From Candidatus Levyibacteriota bacterium (GTDB lineage Bacteria > Patescibacteriota > Microgenomatia > Levybacterales > UBA12049), in the NCBI GenBank assembly GCA_027459725.1, contig DAIDHK010000007.1, forward strand, positions 261 to 64,260: DNA of 64,000 nt, written 5' to 3'. The position numbers and the translations under genes are program-made. Below the pieces are notes generated by a model. That model made no database searches and had not been told where the DNA came from. It was given only the letters and a program-made list of their open reading frames with translations. Positions 47,012-56,152 of this stretch are shown here, one piece after another (the stretch's first letter is position 1; each line of letters opens with the position of its first letter).

Positions 47012-49264
47012 CTAGTTAGTAGTTAACGACTCAGATGTAGAAAGCTTTTCATCTTTTTTCTCCATCCTATTCTCCTTAACCACATCAGGTTTAACTTCCT
47101 TCATATAGCGCTCACGAGAGCTTTTAATTACCTTCTCCCGATTCTTAGTCCTACTATTAGGTAAAGGCAGTGTATGACACAAAAACGGCGCCTGGGTAAT
47201 ATCATTGATAGCCAGTTTAATAATCGCCTGATGATTTCCCAATGCGAGTAAATCCTCCTGAGTAAACCGCTCACCAAATTCTTTGGCCAGATAAGCAGCA
47301 TCGGTAGCCCCGATTAAAAAAGATAACAATGTTCCAGCATTACCAAAAATGGCCGAACGCACATCTTCTGGAACCTGTGCGATATACTGATTGGCCAGCA
47401 GTAAATTCAACCGGTATTTGCGCGCTTCTGATAATATCTTCACAAAACTGGAGGTAGCAAAGTTCTGGAACTCATCGACATATAAATAAAAATCTCGTCT
47501 TTGCGCTTCTGGTATATTCACCCTATTCATAGCCGCCAGTTGAATTTTGGTAATAATCATCGCACCAAGTAGCGCGGCATTATCCTCACCCAATTTGCCT
47601 TGTGAGAGGTTTAATAAAATAATCTTCCCCTCATTCATAATTTTCTCAATATCAATAGTTGAATGGGGATTTTTGACGATGTTACGAATAACCGTACTGG
47701 AGAGAAATTGACCAACTTTGTTTTGAATCGGACCAATGGCCTCGGTCCTTTGTCTGGGGAGCATTTTCTCAAATTCATTGACCCAGAAACTCTTAATAAC
47801 CGGATCAGTCAATTTCTCCACCGCCCTGGCACGGAAATTCGCATTGGCCAACATTTCGGGTACCATTAATAATGTAGGATTGGGCAGATTAATAACCGTT
47901 AATAATGTATTACGCAGGATATATTCAAGTCGTGGTCCCCATGAAGTGCCATACATTTTCTTAAAGATAGAGACAATACCAGACACCACTAATTCTTTCT
48001 GGGACTCATTAGTAACCTCCAATGGATTTAGCGAAAAGGCATGATGTGAGTCGGAGGGATCAAGATACACTACGTCATTAACCCTAAAGGAAGGGACGAA
48101 ATTCAAAACTTCTTCACATAAATCACCATGTGGATCAACAATACAAAACCCCCTTCTATTTCTCATATCATTGATAGCCATGTTACAAATAAGAGTTGAT
48201 TTTCCAGCCCCTGTCTTACCGATAATATACATATGACGACGTCTGTCTGTCTGTTTGATACCAAAAACTGCTGATTTATTACGAAAATCAGTCCTGGCAA
48301 AGAAATTAATTTCTTCTTTTTCCTCTACCGATTTATTCTCAGCTATCGGCAAATTCTCCGGCGGGTCAGAGAGAATAACTTTGTGCCAGGCAATATTGGG
48401 AATGGCTGCCAGTTTTTCCGTGGGAAAATGGAACATTGTCGCCAGCTCGCGAATATTTAGGATTTGCTTGGGCATGAAAAAGCGACTACGTCTTAACATG
48501 GCCTCCCTCAAGCGATAATTCTGCCACAAATGCGGCTTGCGTAGTAACAACATATTGCCGTGTGGATTGTTAAAGGAGGTAAAACTACCTACTATTTCGG
48601 ACAAAAACTGCTTACTGCGCTCTTTAGTATGGCTATTGACCGCAATTCTTATCGCACTCTTAAAACCATTGCTAGCAATTTTATCACCAATCTGCTTACC
48701 ATAGGGATTTACAGAAACTGCCCCACTAGCATCCTTAGTCTTCTCTGTAGCTGTCGCTCCATTAATCTGCCAGTTATTACCAACCGGCAAGAGCATAAAT
48801 TGAATGCAGGCCTTGTCACCTGGGTTGGATTTAGCCATCACACCTAGTAAAGAAGATAAGGGATCAATGTCCTTAAAATCTGACATTGAGCGTATCGGAT
48901 ACAGATAATTGTAAGCCAGCTTCAACTGACCCAGCGCCACACTTGCTTCAGGTTGCAAAATTCCCGGTAAGTAGTCTTTTGACTTTAAAAGCAGTGATTT
49001 AGGATATTGTGAAACGATCTGACTCTCTACAAACGCCTGATACAGCGCCGGGATGGTGATATAGAAATGTACCAGTTGGTCTTCAATAGTCATCTCCAGA
49101 CTAACCGGGATGCTGCGTCGGAAAAAATAGAACATGGGTACACGAAGACTGGCTAAGGACTCCAAAAACTGCGACATCGCCTCGGGTGTTTCTTTGCTTG
49201 AGCGAGTTGTACGCACTTCAAGAATTACACGATCTGATGAGATAGTAGAGTTTTGTTCTATCAT
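47012..49264 (-). CDS. P-loop ATPase of the VirD4/TraG/TrwB type IV coupling-protein-like (DUF87/TraD-like) family, lacking N-terminal TM helices
   Basis: Walker A YIIGKTGAGKSTLI; Walker B FYLYVDEFQNF. A ~330-aa soluble N-terminal region and a C-terminal K/E-rich tail. Family assignment is from motif spacing only. Confidence 0.5.
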   Translation of the reverse strand: MIEQNSTISSDRVILEVRTTRSSKETPEAMSQFLESLASLRVPMFYFFRRSIPVSLEMTIEDQLVHFYITIPALYQAFVESQIVSQYPKSLLLKSKDYLPGILQPEASVALGQLKLAYNYLYPIRSMSDFKDIDPLSSLLGVMAKSNPGDKACIQFMLLPVGNNWQINGATATEKTKDASGAVSVNPYGKQIGDKIASNGFKSAIRIAVNSHTKERSKQFLSEIVGSFTSFNNPHGNMLLLRKPHLWQNYRLREAMLRRSRFFMPKQILNIRELATMFHFPTEKLAAIPNIAWHKVILSDPPENLPIAENKSVEEKEEINFFARTDFRNKSAVFGIKQTDRRRHMYIIGKTGAGKSTLICNMAINDMRNRRGFCIVDPHGDLCEEVLNFVPSFRVNDVVYLDPSDSHHAFSLNPLEVTNESQKELVVSGIVSIFKKMYGTSWGPRLEYILRNTLLTVINLPNPTLLMVPEMLANANFRARAVEKLTDPVIKSFWVNEFEKMLPRQRTEAIGPIQNKVGQFLSSTVIRNIVKNPHSTIDIEKIMNEGKIILLNLSQGKLGEDNAALLGAMIITKIQLAAMNRVNIPEAQRRDFYLYVDEFQNFATSSFVKILSEARKYRLNLLLANQYIAQVPEDVRSAIFGNAGTLLSFLIGATDAAYLAKEFGERFTQEDLLALGNHQAIIKLAINDITQAPFLCHTLPLPNSRTKNREKVIKSSRERYMKEVKPDVVKENRMEKKDEKLSTSESLTTN

Positions 49265-49330
49265 GCTGCATTTATGATACTTAAATTCCTGCAGCTATGC
49301 AATGTTCCCACACATTTAATTAAGGCCTTT

Positions 49331-50186
49331 TTATTCTACCGACTGGAGACCCAATTTTTTAGCCTCTTCCCGATAAAAAGCTTTAAGATCTTCGAGAGTT
49401 AATAGCTTTACTATTCTTGGTAGAGTGTCAAATTCCTCTACCTTCAGTAAATCAGATAAGACAACAAACGGATCTAACTTCATTTTAAATTTAGCTTCAA
49501 CTCCATACATCAGATCCCAAAAACCAAATTTTGGAAGTAAGAAATACAAATCAACAAAATTTTTTATTGTAGTTCGCTGAGTTATAGTAAACAGTTTATT
49601 CACGGCAATATCATTCAAACTGTCGGTCAAAACACCATTTATCAACCTACTCTCCTCAACTCTTTTATATGGATAAAAACTGAAGTCGACTTTTAATACT
49701 GGTATGCAAGGAAACTGTATTAGGAATACATACATGACCTCATGAAACTCAGACTGAAACGTGAGATGATATTTTTTGCTCCATTCTTCGATTAATCCAA
49801 GTATTGTTTGATTGTTAAATTTTTTTTCCGAAAAGAAATCTAAACCCTCAGAGTACCTATGCTGCAAGTAAAATCCACTCAAAGTAGTATCGCCGGTAAA
49901 ATAAAAGTGGCGAAGATCAGAGTTTTGCTTTGCTTTACTTCATCCAAAATGATTTGCTGTTGTTTGGTAAGGATATGTATTTCCCCCATATAAGTAGCTC
50001 CAAAAGCCTTTTTCGCAAGGGAAACAATTCAAGTTGATCCCAATATTTTTTTACTTCATCCAACTTTATCTTTTCACCTGCAGGGGGACCATAATTAATT
50101 TTTCGCTCAAGAATAAAAATCCTTCCTTTTTCTGTTTTCTCTAATTCTTTTTCATCAAAATCACCCAAGTACTGTGGCATATACAT
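49331..50186 (-). pseudogene. AbiEii/DUF1814-family nucleotidyltransferase (type IV toxin-antitoxin toxin-like), split by a +1/-1 frameshift into 83-aa and 183-aa ORFs
   Basis: The upstream ORF ends ...SFWMK*. The downstream ORF starts at a TTG, and its frame opens 5 nt earlier, reading SKAKQNSDLRHFYFTGDTTLSGFYLQHRYSEGLDFF. This matches the DUF1814 core F.GGTAL....HR.SEDLDF. A one-nucleotide shift near 49925-49940 would fuse the two into a ~285-aa protein. Confidence 0.5.
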
Positions 50187-50617
50187 GAGTATACACTATA
50201 CAATCCACTAGATTCTCCCGGAGTTAAATTTAATACCCCGTTGCTACCGCTGACTCGAAAGTAGTGAACAGAAGGATAAGTGTACTAATATCAAGAATTG
50301 TGAGAATACTTTTCTCTCACATGAGCCTTCACAGTTTTCTTTACTTCCTGCTTAGAAAGGTGCTTGTACGTGGAAACTATGCCCAGCAATGCATTAACTT
50401 GTGATACAAGCTGAGTGATTTGTTGTTCGAGCATACCGTCATTATGATCTTTCACTTAAGCTTAATCAAGTAATACTTATATATAATCTAATTACTCTTT
50501 TCCCCTAAAAATTTCACTAAATACACACCTCGAAGTTAAATGTCCTATATAACAGAGTTAAACTTACTAACAAGCTCTGTCACTTGACAATCAATAATCC
50601 CGTAGTATAATAGAGTT

Positions 50618-51676
50618 ATGCCAAGTTCTGAATCCGTTCGCTTACATTTCGGTGATCAGCTTCCCTCTACTTCAATAGCTCAGAGATCCTCTAGTGAAAT
50701 CCCTACAGTGGTAAATACTCCCTTACAAAGTCTATCTAGACCAAATAATTATGCCCTTTCAAGATTGAGTCCGGAACAACAAGCAAGTCTTGTAGATGCC
50801 ATTGTTGATTTATCTCCTGCTCAAATCAGGTTTCTAGGTCCTGTTCTTAGCAGGTTAGGTCCACAGAATCCAACATTGGAAGCAATTGCTCTCTCTCATG
50901 TGAATGGAGCTTCTCCTGTAACGCCTATGGAGAAAATGGCACCCCATATTGCCTTAAAAATTGTCTATGATAATCGTTTATCTACTGGCACTGCTACCAT
51001 TGGAGATAAAGTGGGTCGAACAAGCGAGCAATATCAGATTTGGAAGTTAAAAGAACCTACCAGACGTGAAACTATGCCTAGAATCGCTCTAACTACTGCG
51101 TTATCAGCAATTCCCACAGAAATTGCCGTTTCCCATGCCCGAGCTGGATTTAACGCTCTTGGCGCGAGTGGAAACAGTATCAAACAGGCTGGTTCTGATG
51201 TTCTACAAGTACAAAAACTCCTACCTGAGACTCCCCATATTGATACTTCTATATTTAAAGATGTCATAACAGGCCAAACTTTGCCTCCTTTTTTCTCCTT
51301 TCATTCAGAAATCCTTTTAAGATTATGGGAAGAACTAATCCAGCCATTCGTTACCTATACGCAAAAAGCAGGAGGATACTTCTCAAGTGTATCTGATCAG
51401 GTGGGTCAAGTAGGTAATCATATTAATGAAGCTGGAACAAGTTTCATGCAAGCTGCCGCCTGGAGTGTATTAACCTTAGGAACACTTCTCTACCTCAGAC
51501 CTTGGAAAACCGCTCTTCCTGGCAAAACACACTCAACGAACGAAGAACTCGTCCCTACAGGTATGCTGGGAGTAACTGATATGGCAATGGAAGGCGCAAA
51601 GAACTTATTTCCTGCCAAACCTCCCACTGTAGAAGAAACGATGGGATTTTTGCCAACCTCACAACCCAAAGTATAA
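50618..51676 (+). CDS. Hypothetical protein (S/P/T-rich N-terminus, no recognisable domain)
   Basis: A 352-aa ORF with coding-like composition; no motif identified. Confidence 0.4.
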   Translation: MPSSESVRLHFGDQLPSTSIAQRSSSEIPTVVNTPLQSLSRPNNYALSRLSPEQQASLVDAIVDLSPAQIRFLGPVLSRLGPQNPTLEAIALSHVNGASPVTPMEKMAPHIALKIVYDNRLSTGTATIGDKVGRTSEQYQIWKLKEPTRRETMPRIALTTALSAIPTEIAVSHARAGFNALGASGNSIKQAGSDVLQVQKLLPETPHIDTSIFKDVITGQTLPPFFSFHSEILLRLWEELIQPFVTYTQKAGGYFSSVSDQVGQVGNHINEAGTSFMQAAAWSVLTLGTLLYLRPWKTALPGKTHSTNEELVPTGMLGVTDMAMEGAKNLFPAKPPTVEETMGFLPTSQPKV

Positions 51677-51751
51677 ACTCTATCCCATATATATATATAG
51701 CCATAGCTTGAGCTTGACAACACACTCACTAACTGGGAAGATGTAGCCCTT

Positions 51752-52303
51752 ATGGGATGGCTAGAAACAACCAGCAGACTGTTAGGCACGGGCGCGCTTT
51801 TAGCCTCGTCTCAGCTAGGCCTGCAGGCGGAAAAGCCAAAACCACCCACTCGCCCAGACAGCTTTGTCAGCTACCAGCTTCGTCCTCACTTACCTCCTAT
51901 CCAGAAAGACCATGTTTCGGTCATTCAACTCATCACCAAACCCGAAATGTATGCCGGTAAAGTTATTAGCCTGACCAATGTGGTGGCGGTGCCAGGCGTT
52001 CAAAACGAGATTACCCACATTTATCCACCTGGCCACCCAGGCCAGCCTCAGCGCATTGTATACAACGAAATAGCTTACCTCACCGACGCTGCCAGCCTCA
52101 AGGCGCAATATCCCTACAGCGAGGCGATTCGCATTCTGAACCTCAATGGTTTGCGTGGTAAGCCCAACTATGAGCCACATCTGGCTGACTACGTCAAATT
52201 CAATATTGAAGCTAAAGTAGATACAGATACAGCCAGCAGCGGTGACGCGGGAAATGGATTGGTCAATTTAACAGCTCTGGCTATCCAACCTGTGGCTAAA
52301 TAG
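51752..52303 (+). CDS. Hypothetical secreted protein encoded in a high-GC (about 52%) island
   Basis: N-terminal signal-like MGWLETTSRLLGTGALLASSQLGLQA. Codon usage is very different from the neighbours (GC-rich third positions). Confidence 0.5.
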   Translation: MGWLETTSRLLGTGALLASSQLGLQAEKPKPPTRPDSFVSYQLRPHLPPIQKDHVSVIQLITKPEMYAGKVISLTNVVAVPGVQNEITHIYPPGHPGQPQRIVYNEIAYLTDAASLKAQYPYSEAIRILNLNGLRGKPNYEPHLADYVKFNIEAKVDTDTASSGDAGNGLVNLTALAIQPVAK

Positions 52304-52461
52304 GCTCAAAACCTTCGTCCTTATAACTTATCTTATATCTGTGATCTAAATCACATTATCCCTACTTATAGCCTCAACTTGACTATTGACAGACACTATA
52401 AGCCATGTTATACTTCTACTCAACATTTGCGATTCTGTCCTATCGGCTCTATCGCTTTTTT

Positions 52462-53154
52462 ATGAAAAAACTTTTATTTACTCTAGGTCTTATATCTTCT
52501 ACCTTGCTAGTAGCAGGAGTTCCTGTTGCATCAGCCAATACGACTAACTGTACTACAAACTATGGGGGAGGTACTACTTGTAATACCACCAATATCACCA
52601 TTAATAAGACTGTACAAAATCCTTCCAATGGAAACTATGTCGACAATCTTGGTGTCAATGATCCTAAATACAACCCAAGTCAAGATGTTAACTTCCAAAT
52701 CACTGTAACCAATACCGGTAATGTAACTCTAAACAATGTAAACGTGAATGATTACTTACCACAGTACACATCTTTTGTGTCTGCTCCTGGCTCACACAAT
52801 GGTAATACCATTACTTATACCATCGGAACTTTAAATCCCGGCGCAACTGATACTGAAACTATCACTGCTCAAGTTGCTGATTCTAGTACTTTACCCAGTG
52901 GTATAACCTGCTTAACCAATCAAGCTACCGCTAATGATAACAATGGTGACCAAGTTTCTGACAATGCACAATTTTGTGCCCAGAATAATGTACTTGGTAC
53001 AACTTCAACATCTACCAGTACAGGACTAACTGTTTATCCTGCACCTAAATTGACTAAAACTCCTCCTACCGGAGCCGATGCAGTCTCACTGCTCGCCCTC
53101 ATTCCCGCAGCTTTTGCTGGATTGACTCTAAGAAAGAAAGCTATAAAAGGATAA
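52462..53154 (+). CDS. Surface protein with DUF11-like conserved-repeat N-domain and C-terminal sortase signal (TPPTG); paralog of 45344..46117
   Basis: Signal MKKLLFTLGLISSTLLVAGVPVASA, then NCTTNYGGGTTCNTTNITINKTVQNP; C-terminus KLTKTPPTGADAVSLLALIPAAFAGLTLRKKAIKG. Confidence 0.7.
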   Translation: MKKLLFTLGLISSTLLVAGVPVASANTTNCTTNYGGGTTCNTTNITINKTVQNPSNGNYVDNLGVNDPKYNPSQDVNFQITVTNTGNVTLNNVNVNDYLPQYTSFVSAPGSHNGNTITYTIGTLNPGATDTETITAQVADSSTLPSGITCLTNQATANDNNGDQVSDNAQFCAQNNVLGTTSTSTSTGLTVYPAPKLTKTPPTGADAVSLLALIPAAFAGLTLRKKAIKG

Positions 53155-53584
53155 TAATTTACGCTCGTCATTGCGAAAGCAGGACGACAAGCCAAAATAG
53201 ACTAATAGCTTGCCCACCACACTCTCGCTCTGACACAACTTATGGTTGGAGAGAGATCTTTGAACCAAATCCCAATCTAAAATCTCTCCTCAATCATAAC
53301 TGATTGAGATTTTGCGTATCTTTCATTCATCAATTTTGCGATGAACATAAAGAACGTAATATAGCTCTTTAACAAAGTATACGAGGAAATCTTTCTATTT
53401 AAGAAAGGAGAATTTTATTTAAATCCCAGTGTCGGGTACGACGTGTATTAGCGTAAGCTTGTCATGTGGTATCCGATACTGGGTAATATTGCCTTTAAAA
53501 AGCAATATTCAGGTCGAACCTAAGTCGGAGCAACATTCACCGGCAGGCAGCTGTGCCACCGGAATCCAGTTTCACGGAGAAAAA

Positions 53585-54818
53585 AGTGAACAAGTATCTG
53601 CGCATCAGCCTTGCGATCGCCATGATCGCACTTCTGATTCTGGGGATCGCAATCCCCACGCACGTGGCGGCTAACTCGACTTACTTTCCCGCTACTTCGG
53701 CGCAAGCCGTCCAGCAGTGGGACGTCGTCGCTATGCAGGGCTCTTGTCTTGCAGTCGTCACCGAAGCCAAAGGCGGAGGTATCGAATTTCACGGGCGTTA
53801 TATAGACGCTCAGAAACTTGGTGCTGATGCCATAGACCTAACCGTTGACTTCGACTACGGTCGAGTCAAGTTTAGAGGCGGTCTCGGCACGCTGATTCCT
53901 TATGGGAACACTCCAACGAGTGATCCCAAGAAACAAGGACTTGGTGTCCGATTCGTTGTGCCCGCGGGGCACCCGATCAACGTCGAAATCAGCGGCGGTT
54001 GCGGTAATTCCGGCTTTGGATTTACTGTGTGGGCAGGAGACCCACAGCAGCCGTGCATACGGTACGTCATGCCTGGACAGAAGGTGTCGACTGCACCTAA
54101 ATGTGTCGCGCCGGTCAACTATTCCAACATCGGCAATGCTAAAGGCAAGCTGACCAACCCTGGGAACCCTATTGGGAACCCCTCATCTAGCTCGAAGCAG
54201 ACAATAACGCAGCAAAACAACTCGTGCAAGTATTATGCCGAGTTTGCATCCTTGTTCAGAAGCCCTTCGGGGCAGATGAGCACCCGGAGCCAGTGGGTTC
54301 CGGAACAGGTGAATGGCTGTGAATTCCATGCCAAGTTGGATCCGAGTGGTCCGACACAACTGGTATTCACGTACCAGAAATCGATGGTCATAAACACACC
54401 GACCTATCCTAATGGTTCGGGTCTTCCTTCGGGAGGACTCGAATACGCAAGCGATGCAACTGTTTACAATGCCACGCCACAAGCGACGGCATCAAACAAC
54501 AGCAATTCTGCAGCTCCGGTCGCGACAGCAACGCCTGTGGCAACGCAGGCGCCTTCTACCGCCAGTACGCTGGCGGTAACAACTGCACTAGCCTGGTGTA
54601 ACAATTCGGCCTGTACGGCCGGAGAGTTCACCCCGCTGGTCGAGTCCAACGGATATACCAATCCCGCCGGACTTAAGTTCACGGCAACCAACACCAACAA
54701 CTGTCCATCATTCACGCTCCCTAGTGGAGCAACGATGGACTACAATGGCGGAAACGGGATAACAGGCCCGACCACAGTAAACAACGTTTGTGTAGCTAGC
54801 CTCCGGCTGGCCGCATAA
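53585..54818 (+). CDS. Hypothetical secreted Cys-containing protein encoded in a high-GC (about 57%) island
   Basis: GTG start preceded by GGAG. Signal peptide VNKYLRISLAIAMIALLILGIAIPTHVAA. Multiple Cys pairs and a T/A/P-rich linker (ATPQATASNNSNSAAPVATATPVATQAPSTAST). The antisense ORFs 53520-53792, 53900-54118, 54183-54482, 54464-54715 and 54740-55225 are judged GC-driven artefacts. Confidence 0.6.
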
Positions 54819-54823
54819 TTCTT

Positions 54824-54839
54824 CCCGCCGTGAGGCGGG
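54824..54839 (+). terminator. GC-rich hairpin immediately after the stop of the 53585 gene (CCCGCC-GTGA-GGCGGG); no U-tract
   Basis: A perfect 6-bp GC stem with a GTGA tetraloop, 6 nt after the TAA at 54816-54818. Confidence 0.4.
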
Positions 54840-55353
54840 GGCGCGTTCCCTATGACGTTTCCCACCAGCGTGGTGGCAGCGTTGGGGATCGCATCACCCC
54901 CGCCTCCGGCAACGGAATTCGGGTGGCTCCGTGATAAGCCAATTCTCTCTTTCGTAGAAAGAGAATCCTGAAGTCGACAAGACTTCACGTTCCAGGTCCG
55001 ACACTTTGCGTTGGACAATTGGCGCGTGAATTCGCGACTACTCCAGGAGTTGGGGATTTTGAAAGCTTTTATAACTTTCCGCCCACCCTCGTATACTTTT
55101 TGTTTTACTGCTAAAGGCAGTACTGATGAGTCTCTGTGATTAGAGAAATCTAAAAACAGTCCCCCTTCGCTATAAGCTACGGAGGGATAAAGACGAAAAC
55201 AAACAGAGCAAGTAAAAAGTAACAATATCTAATACTCAATATTCAATGAATATATAAATTTAAAAAATTCAATTATTTAAAAATTGATTGAATATTGGAT
55301 ATTGAAAATTGTAAATTTGACTAACTATTTTACAAACAAATTAAACAATAATT

Positions 55354-56133
55354 ATGAAAAAACAAATCAAAACCATTTCTTTCGTTATACCAGTCTTTAA
55401 CGAAGAAAAAAGATTGAGTAAAACCTTTAAAGCATTGAACGAATTGCAGCTTCCGGCCAGGTTGAAATTGCAGGATATTATTTTCGTCAATGATGGCTCT
55501 CAAGACAAAACAACCCAAATGATAGAAAAATTTGGCAAAAACAAAAGTTTTAAAGCACAGGTCGTCTTGTTAACTTATCCTACCAATCAAGGTAAGGGCT
55601 ATGCCATCCGACAAGGTATGAAGTATTCTACGGCCGACTATACTCTCTTTTTCGATGCTGATATGTCTACTCCCTTGAGTGAATTGCATAAATTCATGCC
55701 AAGTCTGAAAAAGAACGTTGACGTACTAATTGGTACACGTAAAAATGGTCACTCTACCGTCACCAAACACCAGCCTTTTTTGCGTGAATTCCTAGGCAAA
55801 GGCTTCACCAAAATGACTCAATTCATCTTGGGTGTGAATGTGACTGATTTTACCTGTGGCTTCAAAGCTTTCTCACAAAACGCCAAAGATACTATCTTCT
55901 CACAAACTACCATCAATGGTTGGGGTTATGATGCCGAAGTCTTATTTTTGGCCAGCAAACAAAACTTCTCCATGCAAGAAGTAGCTGTTGCTTGGGCTAA
56001 TGATGAAAGAACCAAAGTAAACATGTTACAAGCTATCCCCCAAACTCTAAAAGAGTTATGGATGATTCGCGCCCAACATAGTTTGTATTCTCATACTCTC
56101 TTCCCTTCATTTAGACCTTTGACGAACACTTAA
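55354..56133 (+). CDS. GT2-family polyprenyl-phosphate glycosyltransferase (Dpm1/ArnC/GtrB-like)
   Basis: ISFVIPVFNEEKRLSKTFKAL...IIFVNDGSQDKTTQMIEKF...FFDADMS (GT2-A fold, DxD), soluble, 259 aa, typical of lipid-linked monosaccharide synthases. Confidence 0.8.
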   Translation: MKKQIKTISFVIPVFNEEKRLSKTFKALNELQLPARLKLQDIIFVNDGSQDKTTQMIEKFGKNKSFKAQVVLLTYPTNQGKGYAIRQGMKYSTADYTLFFDADMSTPLSELHKFMPSLKKNVDVLIGTRKNGHSTVTKHQPFLREFLGKGFTKMTQFILGVNVTDFTCGFKAFSQNAKDTIFSQTTINGWGYDAEVLFLASKQNFSMQEVAVAWANDERTKVNMLQAIPQTLKELWMIRAQHSLYSHTLFPSFRPLTNT

Positions 56134-56152
56134 GAAAGGAGTCATTATATAT

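Noticed and set aside
53520-55225. Five antisense ORFs (53520-53792, 53900-54118, 54183-54482, 54464-54715, 54740-55225) in the high-GC island
   Set aside because: They overlap the sense gene 53585-54818 almost entirely and show no motifs. Long antisense ORFs are an expected artefact of GC-rich DNA, where stop codons are rare.
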